In this document: one piece after another, positions 56,803-64,000 of the stretch | How the letters are laid out: each line of letters begins with the position of its first letter | How positions within the stretch are numbered: position 1 is the first letter of the stretch | Assembly (NCBI GenBank): GCA_016212105.1 | Contig: JACRHJ010000028.1 | Span: forward strand, 11,689-75,688 | Direction of reading: 5' to 3' | DNA length: 64,000 nt | Source of the DNA: Nitrospirota bacterium | GTDB taxonomy: Bacteria; Nitrospirota; JACRHJ01 | Position numbers and translations under genes: made by a program | The notes under the pieces: model-generated | Databases searched by the model: none | Told to the model about the DNA's origin: nothing | The model's input: only the letters and a program-made list of their open reading frames with translations

Positions 56803-56840
56803 AAAACAATTATAGCATCTTTCTGTCAAGGGAGGTGACA

Positions 56841-58163
56841 ATGTTCGGGAAGAAACCAACCCAGCTCCGTCCCCGCGACGATACCGGCATCAGCCACAAG
56901 CTCAAGGTCTCGTACTTCGTGGCGTCCATCATACCCATCCTCGTAATGACCTACCTGTACCTGAAGTACATCTCGCCCGAGGTGTTCAAGGAAGGCCAGG
57001 ACGTCATAGCAATAGTCGTAGCCGTCCTCATGCTGCTCACCATCTCCCTGTCAGTGATGGGGCTCATGCTGACGAGCCGCGCGGCGAACGACTCCATCCA
57101 CACCCTCCAGAAGCTGAACAACAGGATGGACAGCCTGCTCGACCTGACCAAGAACTTCCGGGAGAGCATGTACGTCGACGTCCTGCTCGACTCCATAGCG
57201 AACTCGGCAAGCCAGATACTTAACGCGGAGGCGAGTTCCATCCTCCTCTACGACGAGGCCGGAAACCTGCGGTTCGAGCATATAACAGGCGAGAGCGCGA
57301 ACGCCCTCAAGGGCAAGATAGTCAAGCCCGGCGTGGGCATTACCGGCTGGGTCGCACAGGAGGGCAAGCCCGTGGTGGTCAACGACGTCGCCTCGGACCC
57401 CCGCTTCGCCTCCATGTACGACAAGGACAGCGGGTTCGTCACAAGGTCGATGCTGTGCGTCCCGCTCGTCATAGAAGGCGTGAACATCGGCATACTCGAG
57501 GTCATCAACAAGAAGGACGACGAGCCGTTCACCGAGCAGGACATGAAGATACTGTTCTCGCTCGCCGACCATGCCGCGCTGTCCATCAGCAGGAGCAAGA
57601 ACTACGAGTCGTCACACAGCGACTTCATACAGGTGACGGAGATACTCGTCACCGCGATGGACTACCACGTCCCGGAGAAGAAGGGCCATGCGAGGCGGGT
57701 CGCGCAGTATGCCGTTAAGCTCGCCAAGGGGCTCGGCCTCAACGAGCAGGAGCAGAAGAGGATATACTTCGGCTCGCTCCTGCACGACATAGGGCTCCTG
57801 AAGTACAACCAGGACGACTACTGGGGTCTGAAGAAGTTCGAGATGCACCCGAACCTGGGCTTCGAGATGATAAAGGCAATAACCATATGGCAGCCGGTCG
57901 CGCCGCTTATACTCTCTCACCACGAGCGGTTCGACGGCAGCGGCTACCCGAGGGGGCTCGCCGGCAGCGAGATACCGCTCGGGGCGCGTGTTATCGCGGT
58001 AGCCGAGGTGTTCGACTCACTGGTCAGCGCCCGCTCCTACAAGCCGTCCGTCTCCTATACCGAGGCGCTTGAGGAACTGAAGAAGAACGCCGGCAGCCAG
58101 TTCGACCCCCACGTCGTCAGCATGTTCGTGTCCATCTTCCGCAAGGAGGACGTGGTCGAGTAG
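56841..58163 (+). CDS. membrane-anchored GAF-HD-GYP c-di-GMP phosphodiesterase
   Basis: The ATG at 56841 lies 5 nt after GGAGG. Two TM helices and a GAF domain are followed by HD-GYP (LLHDIGLL, HHERFDGSGYPRGL). Confidence 0.9.
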   Translation: MFGKKPTQLRPRDDTGISHKLKVSYFVASIIPILVMTYLYLKYISPEVFKEGQDVIAIVVAVLMLLTISLSVMGLMLTSRAANDSIHTLQKLNNRMDSLLDLTKNFRESMYVDVLLDSIANSASQILNAEASSILLYDEAGNLRFEHITGESANALKGKIVKPGVGITGWVAQEGKPVVVNDVASDPRFASMYDKDSGFVTRSMLCVPLVIEGVNIGILEVINKKDDEPFTEQDMKILFSLADHAALSISRSKNYESSHSDFIQVTEILVTAMDYHVPEKKGHARRVAQYAVKLAKGLGLNEQEQKRIYFGSLLHDIGLLKYNQDDYWGLKKFEMHPNLGFEMIKAITIWQPVAPLILSHHERFDGSGYPRGLAGSEIPLGARVIAVAEVFDSLVSARSYKPSVSYTEALEELKKNAGSQFDPHVVSMFVSIFRKEDVVE

Positions 58164-58186
58164 GCTTCCGCACAGTACGACGCAAA

Positions 58187-58217
58187 TAAAAGGGCGTCCC
58201 GCCGGGGACGCCCTTTT
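58187..58217. terminator. bidirectional intrinsic terminator between the HD-GYP gene and the Cys-repeat protein gene
   Basis: AAAAGGGCGTCCC-gccg-GGGACGCCCTTTT is a perfect stem flanked by A and T runs. Confidence 0.75.
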
Positions 58218-58238
58218 ATCGTCCGCTGATGCGGACGG

Positions 58239-59048
58239 CTATTTGGCGACCTTTATCTCCCTGATACAGGACTTGCCGTCGACGTCGAGGCAGTAGGCCT
58301 TGACCTTGGAGCCTACCGCAAGCTCGTCCATGGCCGCGCCTCTGGTCACGTCCTGGTAATACAGCGTCTTCTCTCCTGCCGCGGTCTTTATGACCACGGT
58401 CTTTCCGGCCGGGTCGAGCGAGACGACCTCGCCCTCCACCTCGCCAGGCTGCATCGATTTGGCAGCCGCCTTGCTGGCGAACACTGTCACTTTGTTCGCG
58501 CAGAACTTGCCGTCGCTGTCGAAACACTCCGCGGTCACATAGGAGCCGGGGGCTATCAGCCTAACTGGCAGCAACTCGCAGGCAAGCATCTTGGAGCCCG
58601 CCACGTTGGCCGGGGCGCCGCAGACGGATACCATATCGACCGTCGCGGCGGTCACCTTGATGGTCATCTTCTCGCCCTTGGGGTTGACGATGACCACCGT
58701 CTTGCCCTCAGGGTCGATAGATACAACCTCGCCTTCGAACGTCTTCGTCGGGGCCCCGGAGCCCGCTACGGATATTACCTCGACGGTCTTCGCGCAGGCC
58801 TTCCCCTCGAGGTCGATGCAGGTCATCTCGACGCTCATCCCCGGCTTGACGTCCTTGAAGCCGACGGTCTCGTCCTGGAAGTTGACGGTTTTGTGGCCAG
58901 CCTCAGTGTCGATTACAACCGTCTTTCCGGACGGGTCTATGGACACCACCTTGCCTGTTACCGAGTACTCGCCCCCGGCGAAAGACACCGCGGCCACCAT
59001 GCAGGTAACGGCCAGCGCGGCCAACATCGTGTAAAGCGGCTTTTTCAT
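58239..59048 (-). CDS. secreted protein with three tandem beta-rich repeats, each ending in a CxDxxGKxC motif
   Basis: The signal peptide is MKKPLYTMLAALAVTCMVAAVSFA. The repeats start GKVVSIDPSGKTVVI, GEVVSIDPEGKTVVI and GEVVSLDPAGKTVVI. They end TCIDLEGKAC, ECFDSDGKFC and YCLDVDGKSC. Confidence 0.75.
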   Translation of the reverse strand: MKKPLYTMLAALAVTCMVAAVSFAGGEYSVTGKVVSIDPSGKTVVIDTEAGHKTVNFQDETVGFKDVKPGMSVEMTCIDLEGKACAKTVEVISVAGSGAPTKTFEGEVVSIDPEGKTVVIVNPKGEKMTIKVTAATVDMVSVCGAPANVAGSKMLACELLPVRLIAPGSYVTAECFDSDGKFCANKVTVFASKAAAKSMQPGEVEGEVVSLDPAGKTVVIKTAAGEKTLYYQDVTRGAAMDELAVGSKVKAYCLDVDGKSCIREIKVAK

Positions 59049-59156
59049 GCTCTGCCTCCAAGTCTCTCCTCTTGCAAGAGGTGATAGGGGAAAAATACTG
59101 CATAATCCTCCATTCACTTAAAGTTAGCAATGGATATGTTATTTGTCAAGGAGGGC

Positions 59157-59187
59157 AAAAAAAGGCCCCGTCCTGAAGGGCGGGGCC
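59157..59187 (-). terminator. intrinsic terminator after the triheme cytochrome gene
   Basis: On the minus strand, the hairpin GGCCCCGCCC-ttca-GGACGGGGCC is followed by TTTTTTT (plus-strand A-run 59157-59163). Confidence 0.7.
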
Positions 59188-59214
59188 GTGAAAAACGAGG
59201 TTATGAGAGGTTTA

Positions 59215-59535
59215 TTACTTTACGTGGCACTTCGGGCAGCTGTCCGGGGACTTGACCGCGAAGGCCTTCTCGCCGTTGTGGCAGGCGCCGCAGTTCTTGC
59301 CGGCCTCCATGTCCGCCATGGTGAGCTTGTCGCCGCCCTTCTTCATCTTGAAGAGGCCGGGATGGCAGTCCGGGCACTTGAAGCCCTTCTTCTCTGTGTG
59401 GTTCTCGTGCGAGAAGACGACCTTGCCCTCATCACCGACGGCCGGGAACTCGACGTCCTTCTTGAGCGCGAAGCTGAGGCTCGCGAAAGAGAGGGTCATT
59501 ATCACGGCCAGTGCGAATACAGTAAGCTTTTTCAT
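59215..59535 (-). CDS. periplasmic triheme c-type cytochrome (c7/c3 family)
   Basis: 106 aa with a signal peptide and three CxxCH haem sites (CPDCH, CGACH, CPKCH). Extra His residues (FSHENH) could serve as distal ligands. Confidence 0.88.
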   Translation of the reverse strand: MKKLTVFALAVIMTLSFASLSFALKKDVEFPAVGDEGKVVFSHENHTEKKGFKCPDCHPGLFKMKKGGDKLTMADMEAGKNCGACHNGEKAFAVKSPDSCPKCHVK

Positions 59536-59684
59536 CGTATGGTTTTACCTCCTTCCTCTTATAGTAGTGTTGCCTGTCTCTTCAGGTCCGTACTCTGTTG
59601 TTATTTTTGTAATATGCAATAACACTGCCAGACGAAGGCCCCGGCACGCAAATAAAGCCTGCGCGCCCGGTTTGGTAATTAGAA

Positions 59685-59713
59685 ATATTAAGTCATAAAC
59701 TCGAAAATGTCAA
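59685..59713 (-). promoter_or_regulatory. possible promoter of the triheme cytochrome gene
   Basis: On the minus strand, TTGACA (59713-59708), a 17-nt spacer, then TAATAT (59690-59685). This implies a roughly 140-nt leader. Confidence 0.3.
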
Positions 59714-59863
59714 CCTAAAACATCATGCCCGCACTCCCGCCGGGACACAAAATACAGCACAAAAACTGACATATGTCATCGCCGGGAGGCCGGGGTGGTG
59801 TATAATGGAACCATAAAACGGACACAAACGGCTGACACAGGCTATAATAACAGGAGGTGGAAT

Positions 59864-60079
59864 ATGACGGCTCTCATCAAGGTGGACAAGAATACAATAA
59901 TCGGCGACATCGTGAAGTCCTGTCCGGAGGGCAAGGAGGTCATCCAGAAGTATTTCGGCACCGGCTGCTTCACATGCCCGGGCATCAACATGGAGTCCAT
60001 AGGCTTCGGCTCGATGATGCACAACCTCGACCCGCAGCTCATCGTGGACGAGGTGAACGCCGCCCTCGAAAAGAAATAA
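59864..60079 (+). CDS. DUF1858 / hybrid-cluster-protein-associated redox disulfide domain protein
   Basis: 71 aa from the ATG at 59864, 6 nt after AGGAGG. TIIGDIVKSCPEGKEVIQKYFGTGCFTCPG...ESI matches the family pattern, including CxxC. Confidence 0.8.
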   Translation: MTALIKVDKNTIIGDIVKSCPEGKEVIQKYFGTGCFTCPGINMESIGFGSMMHNLDPQLIVDEVNAALEKK

Positions 60080-60425
60080 TATCAGGAAAGAAAAGCAGGT
60101 GTTCCGGCCCCCCGGACATCCCCGCACGACGGCCTCCGGCTCCCCTGCCTGGAGGCCGTCGTGCATTCCGCGTCCTTACGTCAGGTCAACTCCAAGAACA
60201 GCATAGCAGGCCAGGATGCCGGTACAGCCGGCAAACCCGGCGGTTCAGGTTATCTTCTTGCATTATAACGCAAATCCTGGCCAGTGAGCGATTTCGTGCA
60301 TGCGTGGGCGCCGCTGTCAAATTATGCTCAGTGTCTGCGCGAATTTTCGCCACCCCAGTCGGAAAGCTGTCCAACATGCTGATTTGCCTGTGTATTTACA
60401 GGTGCGCATTTTTGCGAAATACTGC

Positions 60426-60454
60426 TTGTTAATAAATGGGGCGTGATGTATAAT
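60426..60454 (+). promoter_or_regulatory. sigma-70-like promoter upstream of pilC
   Basis: TTGTTA (60426-60431), a 17-nt spacer, then TATAAT (60449-60454). It lies 32 nt upstream of the ATG. Confidence 0.4.
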
Positions 60455-60485
60455 TACCGGTAAAACCAGACATCCGAGGCGGCTG

Positions 60486-61697
60486 ATGCCCGTTTTTCAT
60501 TATAGGATAGGGAAAGAGGACGGGAGTGTCCTCGACAAGGAAACGGAGGCGGAGAGCGAAGACTCGCTCAGGCGCGACCTCGAGGACTCGGGTTACCTGG
60601 TCCTTGAGATAAGCAAGCGCCGCGTTGCCGCCCTAGGCCAGGGGCTTGGCGGTTTCTCCAGGAAGCAGAAGTCTGAGGAGTTCCTGGTCTTCAACCAGGA
60701 GATCCTTGCGCTCATCAAGGCCGGTCTCCCCATAGTACAGTCGCTCGACATCCTTATGGAGCGGACGCCAAACCCGGGGTTCAAGGACGCGCTCGCGGAC
60801 GTCAGGGCCGAGGTCAGGGGTGGCAAGGCGCTGTCAGACTCGATGGCCAGGCACTCCCGGTACTTTCCGGAGCTGTACTCGAACTCGCTCCGCTCCGGAG
60901 AGCGCACCGGCAGTCTTGCAGAGGTCCTGGAGCGGTACATCGCCTATCAGAAGCGGATGCTGACCGTAAAGAGAAAACTCAAGAGCGCGCTTACTTACCC
61001 GCTTTTCCTCATGGGTTTTACGTCCGGGGTCCTCGCGCTGCTCTTGCTGTATGTCGTCCCGGTTTTCTCGGAGATTTACGGGGACTTCAAGGGTGAGCTG
61101 CCGTTGCCGACGGTGATACTGATGAACTCCACCAGGTTCATCAAGAACTATCTTCCTCTTTTTGCAGCCCTTGCCATTGGGTGCTTCTTCATGCTCCGGG
61201 CATGGTACAGGACGGACAGGGGGCGTCTCGTGCTGGACGGCTACCTGCTAAAGCTGCCCCTCGTGGGCGGCCTGATAAAGGGGTACTTCATCAGCACCAT
61301 GGCCCGCACGCTCGCCACGATTCTCTCTGGCGGCATACCCATGCTTCAGGCGCTCGAAATGGTGTCGAGGTCCGTCACCAACAGGGTGCTCGCCTCCAAG
61401 CTCAGCTACGCGCAGGAGAGGGTGCGCGAGGGAAGCAGCCTGGCGGGGGCGTTCGAGGAGACCGGCATCATGCCGGCCATGACCATACGGATGATAGAGG
61501 TTGGCGAGGCCACGGGCTCGCTCGAGGTGATGCTGGACGACATATCCACATTCTATGAGGAAGAGGTCGACGTCAGGCTGAACGGCATGCTTAGCCTCAT
61601 GGAGCCGGTCATGCTGGCCACGATGGGAGTCCTGATAGGCAGCATAGTCGTAATCATGTACCTGCCCATATTTGAGCTGGCGGGCACGGTCAAATAA
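60486..61697 (+). CDS. pilC: type IV pilus / type II secretion platform protein (PilC/GspF family)
   Basis: 403 aa with two T2SSF repeats, three TM segments and the C-terminal LPIFELAG. Confidence 0.93.
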   Translation: MPVFHYRIGKEDGSVLDKETEAESEDSLRRDLEDSGYLVLEISKRRVAALGQGLGGFSRKQKSEEFLVFNQEILALIKAGLPIVQSLDILMERTPNPGFKDALADVRAEVRGGKALSDSMARHSRYFPELYSNSLRSGERTGSLAEVLERYIAYQKRMLTVKRKLKSALTYPLFLMGFTSGVLALLLLYVVPVFSEIYGDFKGELPLPTVILMNSTRFIKNYLPLFAALAIGCFFMLRAWYRTDRGRLVLDGYLLKLPLVGGLIKGYFISTMARTLATILSGGIPMLQALEMVSRSVTNRVLASKLSYAQERVREGSSLAGAFEETGIMPAMTIRMIEVGEATGSLEVMLDDISTFYEEEVDVRLNGMLSLMEPVMLATMGVLIGSIVVIMYLPIFELAGTVK

Positions 61698-61708
61698 TAG
61701 GTGATATA

Positions 61709-63886
61709 GTGGACGGCATGGAACCAGACGACAGGCTTCAGGACGCAGTGCAGGCGGTTGGCGGCACCGTACTGGTGGTCGACGACGAGCGTGACGTGCA
61801 GGCGGTCATCTCGATAATACTCGGGAAGGCGGGCTTCAGGACCATGACCGCATCCTCCGGCCGGGAGGCGCTGGACAAGGTGCGCGAGAACGCTCCGGAC
61901 ATCGTGCTGCTCGACTACATGATGCCCGGCATGAACGGCCTCGACACCCTGAAGGAGATAAGGAAGCTCCGCCCCGAGACGGCCGTGGTTATAGTGACCG
62001 GCCGGGGCAGCGAGTCTACCGCCGCTGACTCGATAAAGATGGGCGCCGACGACTACATAGCGAAACCCTTCGACAATGAAGGGTTAGTCGCGTCGGTAAA
62101 GAGGGTGCTGGGCGAGAGGCGGGAGAAGATGGCCGCCGAGCAGGAAGAGATGTCCATGATGTCGCGGATGGCCGGCAAGAAGCGCCTGGGCGACGTGCTC
62201 GTCGCCAAGTGCTACGCGACAGTCTCAGAGATAGAGGACGCGGTCGAACGCTCGGGCAAGCCCGGAAAGAGGATAGGCCAGGTGCTCGTGGAAGACGGCG
62301 TCATCTCGGAGGAGCAGCTCGCCAGGAGCCTCGCCTACCAGTACGGCGCGAAGTTCGTCAACCTCTTCAACTTCCACATAGAGCCTCGCTATTTCGAGTT
62401 CATATCCTACGAGCTGATGGATCGTTACCAGTTCGTCCCGTACGACGAGGAGGGCGGCAGGCTCGTCGTCGCGGTGTCAGACCCGTCCAACATCATAATG
62501 GTGGACGAGCTGGAACTGCTGCTCTCCCGCCCCTTGAGCATATGCGTCGCGACCAGGCAGGCAATAACCGAGGCGCTCAAGCGCAGCGAGGGCTCGCAGA
62601 GGGTGCTGAAGGAGGTCACGGAGGAGTTCAAGCTCCACCTGGTCAAGGAGACGGACGAGGGTGAGGAGACGCTCTCCATGGACAGGCTGGACGAGGAGAT
62701 AAGCCCTATAATAAGGCTGGTAGACACCATCCTGTTCTCCGCCGTCCAGAAGCGGGCCAGCGACATCCATATTGAGTCCGACGAGAAGTTCGTCATAGTC
62801 AAGTACAGGATAGACGGGGTGCTCTACCAGGCGATGGACCCGATAGATTTCCGGTTCCACAGTACTATCATCTCGCGCATAAAGATCATGTCCGAACTGG
62901 ACATCGCCGAGAAGAGGATACCCCAGGACGGCCGGTTCAAGATACGGTTCAAGGACAAGAAGATAGACTTCCGCGTCTCCATCATGCCGGCGATATTCGG
63001 CGAGGACGTGGTCATCAGGATCCTCGACAAGGAGTCGATCACCGCCGACCTGCACGAGCTGAGGCTGGAGAGGCTGGGCTACAGCGAGGACGACCTGAAG
63101 GGCTTCAGGAAGGCGATATCCGAGCCGTACGGCATGGTGCTCGTCACCGGGCCGACCGGCTCGGGCAAGACGACGACGCTCTACGCCGCCGTGTCCGAGA
63201 TAAACTCCTCCGAGGACAAGATAATAACCATCGAGGACCCGGTCGAGTACCAGCTCCCCGGCGTGGTCCAGATACCGGTCAACGAGAAGAAGGGGCTGAC
63301 ATTCGCCAGGGGGTTGCGCTCAATACTCCGGCACGACCCGGACAAGATAATGGTCGGCGAGATAAGGGACTCCGAGACCGCCCAGATAGCGGTGCAGTCC
63401 GCGCTTACCGGCCACCTGGTCTTCACCACGGTGCACGCCAACAACGCCTTCGACGTCATAGGCCGCTTCACGAACATGGGCGTCGAGCCGTACAACTTCG
63501 TCAGCTCGCTCAACTGCATCCTGGCCCAGCGGCTCATCAGGACGATCTGCCAGAACTGCAAGGCGCCAGCCAAGATGTCCAGGCAGCTCATAGAGGACTC
63601 CGGCCTGGACTACGAAGAGATGGTACGCAGGGGTGTTGTCTTCTACGAGGGGAAGGGCTGCTCGGAGTGCAACGGGACCGGGTACAAGGGCAGGAAAGCG
63701 ATCACCGAGTTCCTGGACCTCACCGACAGGATAAGGGAGATGATACTCGACAGGCGGCCGAACTCCGAGATGCAGAAGGTCGCGCTCGAGGAGGGCATGA
63801 GCACGCTCCGCCAGTCCGCGCTCAAGAAGGTCTTCGCGGGCGATACCACGCTCCGCGAGATAAACCGCGTAACGTTCGTGGAGTGA
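61709..63886 (+). CDS. receiver-domain-fused PilB/GspE/MshE-type secretion ATPase (REC-MshEN-T2SSE)
   Basis: 725 aa. The REC domain has VLVVDDERD, DIVLLDYMMPGMNG, IVTGRG and AKP. The MshEN-like region spans 62183-62341. Walker A is GPTGSGKTTT. The tetra-Cys motif is CQNC...CSEC. Confidence 0.93.
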   Translation: MDGMEPDDRLQDAVQAVGGTVLVVDDERDVQAVISIILGKAGFRTMTASSGREALDKVRENAPDIVLLDYMMPGMNGLDTLKEIRKLRPETAVVIVTGRGSESTAADSIKMGADDYIAKPFDNEGLVASVKRVLGERREKMAAEQEEMSMMSRMAGKKRLGDVLVAKCYATVSEIEDAVERSGKPGKRIGQVLVEDGVISEEQLARSLAYQYGAKFVNLFNFHIEPRYFEFISYELMDRYQFVPYDEEGGRLVVAVSDPSNIIMVDELELLLSRPLSICVATRQAITEALKRSEGSQRVLKEVTEEFKLHLVKETDEGEETLSMDRLDEEISPIIRLVDTILFSAVQKRASDIHIESDEKFVIVKYRIDGVLYQAMDPIDFRFHSTIISRIKIMSELDIAEKRIPQDGRFKIRFKDKKIDFRVSIMPAIFGEDVVIRILDKESITADLHELRLERLGYSEDDLKGFRKAISEPYGMVLVTGPTGSGKTTTLYAAVSEINSSEDKIITIEDPVEYQLPGVVQIPVNEKKGLTFARGLRSILRHDPDKIMVGEIRDSETAQIAVQSALTGHLVFTTVHANNAFDVIGRFTNMGVEPYNFVSSLNCILAQRLIRTICQNCKAPAKMSRQLIEDSGLDYEEMVRRGVVFYEGKGCSECNGTGYKGRKAITEFLDLTDRIREMILDRRPNSEMQKVALEEGMSTLRQSALKKVFAGDTTLREINRVTFVE

Positions 63887-63888
63887 CG

Positions 63889-64000
63889 ATGTCGCTATTA
63901 TTCGGTAGAGGGCCGGGCATCGGCCTCGAGGTCGGCCAAAGGGCGCTCCGGGCAGCGAAGCTCGCTGGGCGGACCGGCGAGAGGCGCGTGGAATGGGCGG
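63889..64000 (+). CDS. possible PilM-like pilus assembly protein, N-terminal fragment (runs off the window)
   Basis: An ATG lies 3 nt after the ATPase stop. Only 37 codons are visible (MSLLFGRGPGIGLEVGQRALRAAKL). The call rests on position and a weak resemblance to PilM N-termini. Confidence 0.35.
   Translation, partial: MSLLFGRGPGIGLEVGQRALRAAKLAGRTGERRVEWA

Noticed and set aside
60404-60425. Sigma-54 promoter upstream of pilC (aGGtgcgcatttttGCg)
   Set aside because: The GG-to-GC spacing is one nucleotide longer than the consensus TGGCAC-N5-TTGC, the flanking consensus bases are poor, and no bEBP gene lies nearby. The sigma-70-like element at 60426-60454 fits better.

Overview
This is a 64-kb, high-GC chromosomal segment from a Gram-negative-type bacterium. 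The phylum cannot be assigned from sequence alone. The gene content (c7-type triheme cytochrome, many GAF/PAS/HD-GYP signalling proteins, RND efflux, type IV pilus genes) resembles Desulfobacterota- or Nitrospirota-like environmental genomes. I call about 55 protein genes.

Gene content:
- Housekeeping: dnaG(3' end)-rpoD, pyk, hemY-like PPO, nadA, rho, smpB, pgk-gap, galT-glgA.
- Signalling: three histidine kinases, four receiver proteins, two HD-GYP proteins and one GGDEF protein.
- Transport and envelope: an MFP-RND efflux operon, a GntR-TauE-Usp cluster, a small periplasmic redox cluster (triheme cytochrome c, Cys-repeat protein, DUF1858), and the start of a pilus/T2SS-like operon (pilC, REC-MshEN-PilB ATPase, pilM-like).
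- I recognised no rRNA, tRNA, tmRNA, CRISPR array, integrase or transposase.

Two things stand out:
1. A sharply AT-rich island at about 16.8-18.4 kb lies between nadA and a hicBA module. It carries a minimal Pol-beta-fold nucleotidyltransferase and, 15 nt downstream, a 310-aa protein with no domain I can recognise. This is my best candidate for an undescribed toxin-antitoxin or defence-type two-gene system.
2. Nearly every intergenic region is packed with a mosaic of short palindromic modules. By hand count there are about 100 copies of at least 12 families, covering roughly 4.5 kb. One superfamily has a GTAG head (REP/RAYT-like architecture) and a second has a GTCATT head. Modules are repeatedly nested inside the loops of other modules. 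There is also a conserved terminator-like 'T element' in four copies.

Many long ORFs in the six-frame track are antisense or repeat-derived artefacts of the high GC content and were rejected.
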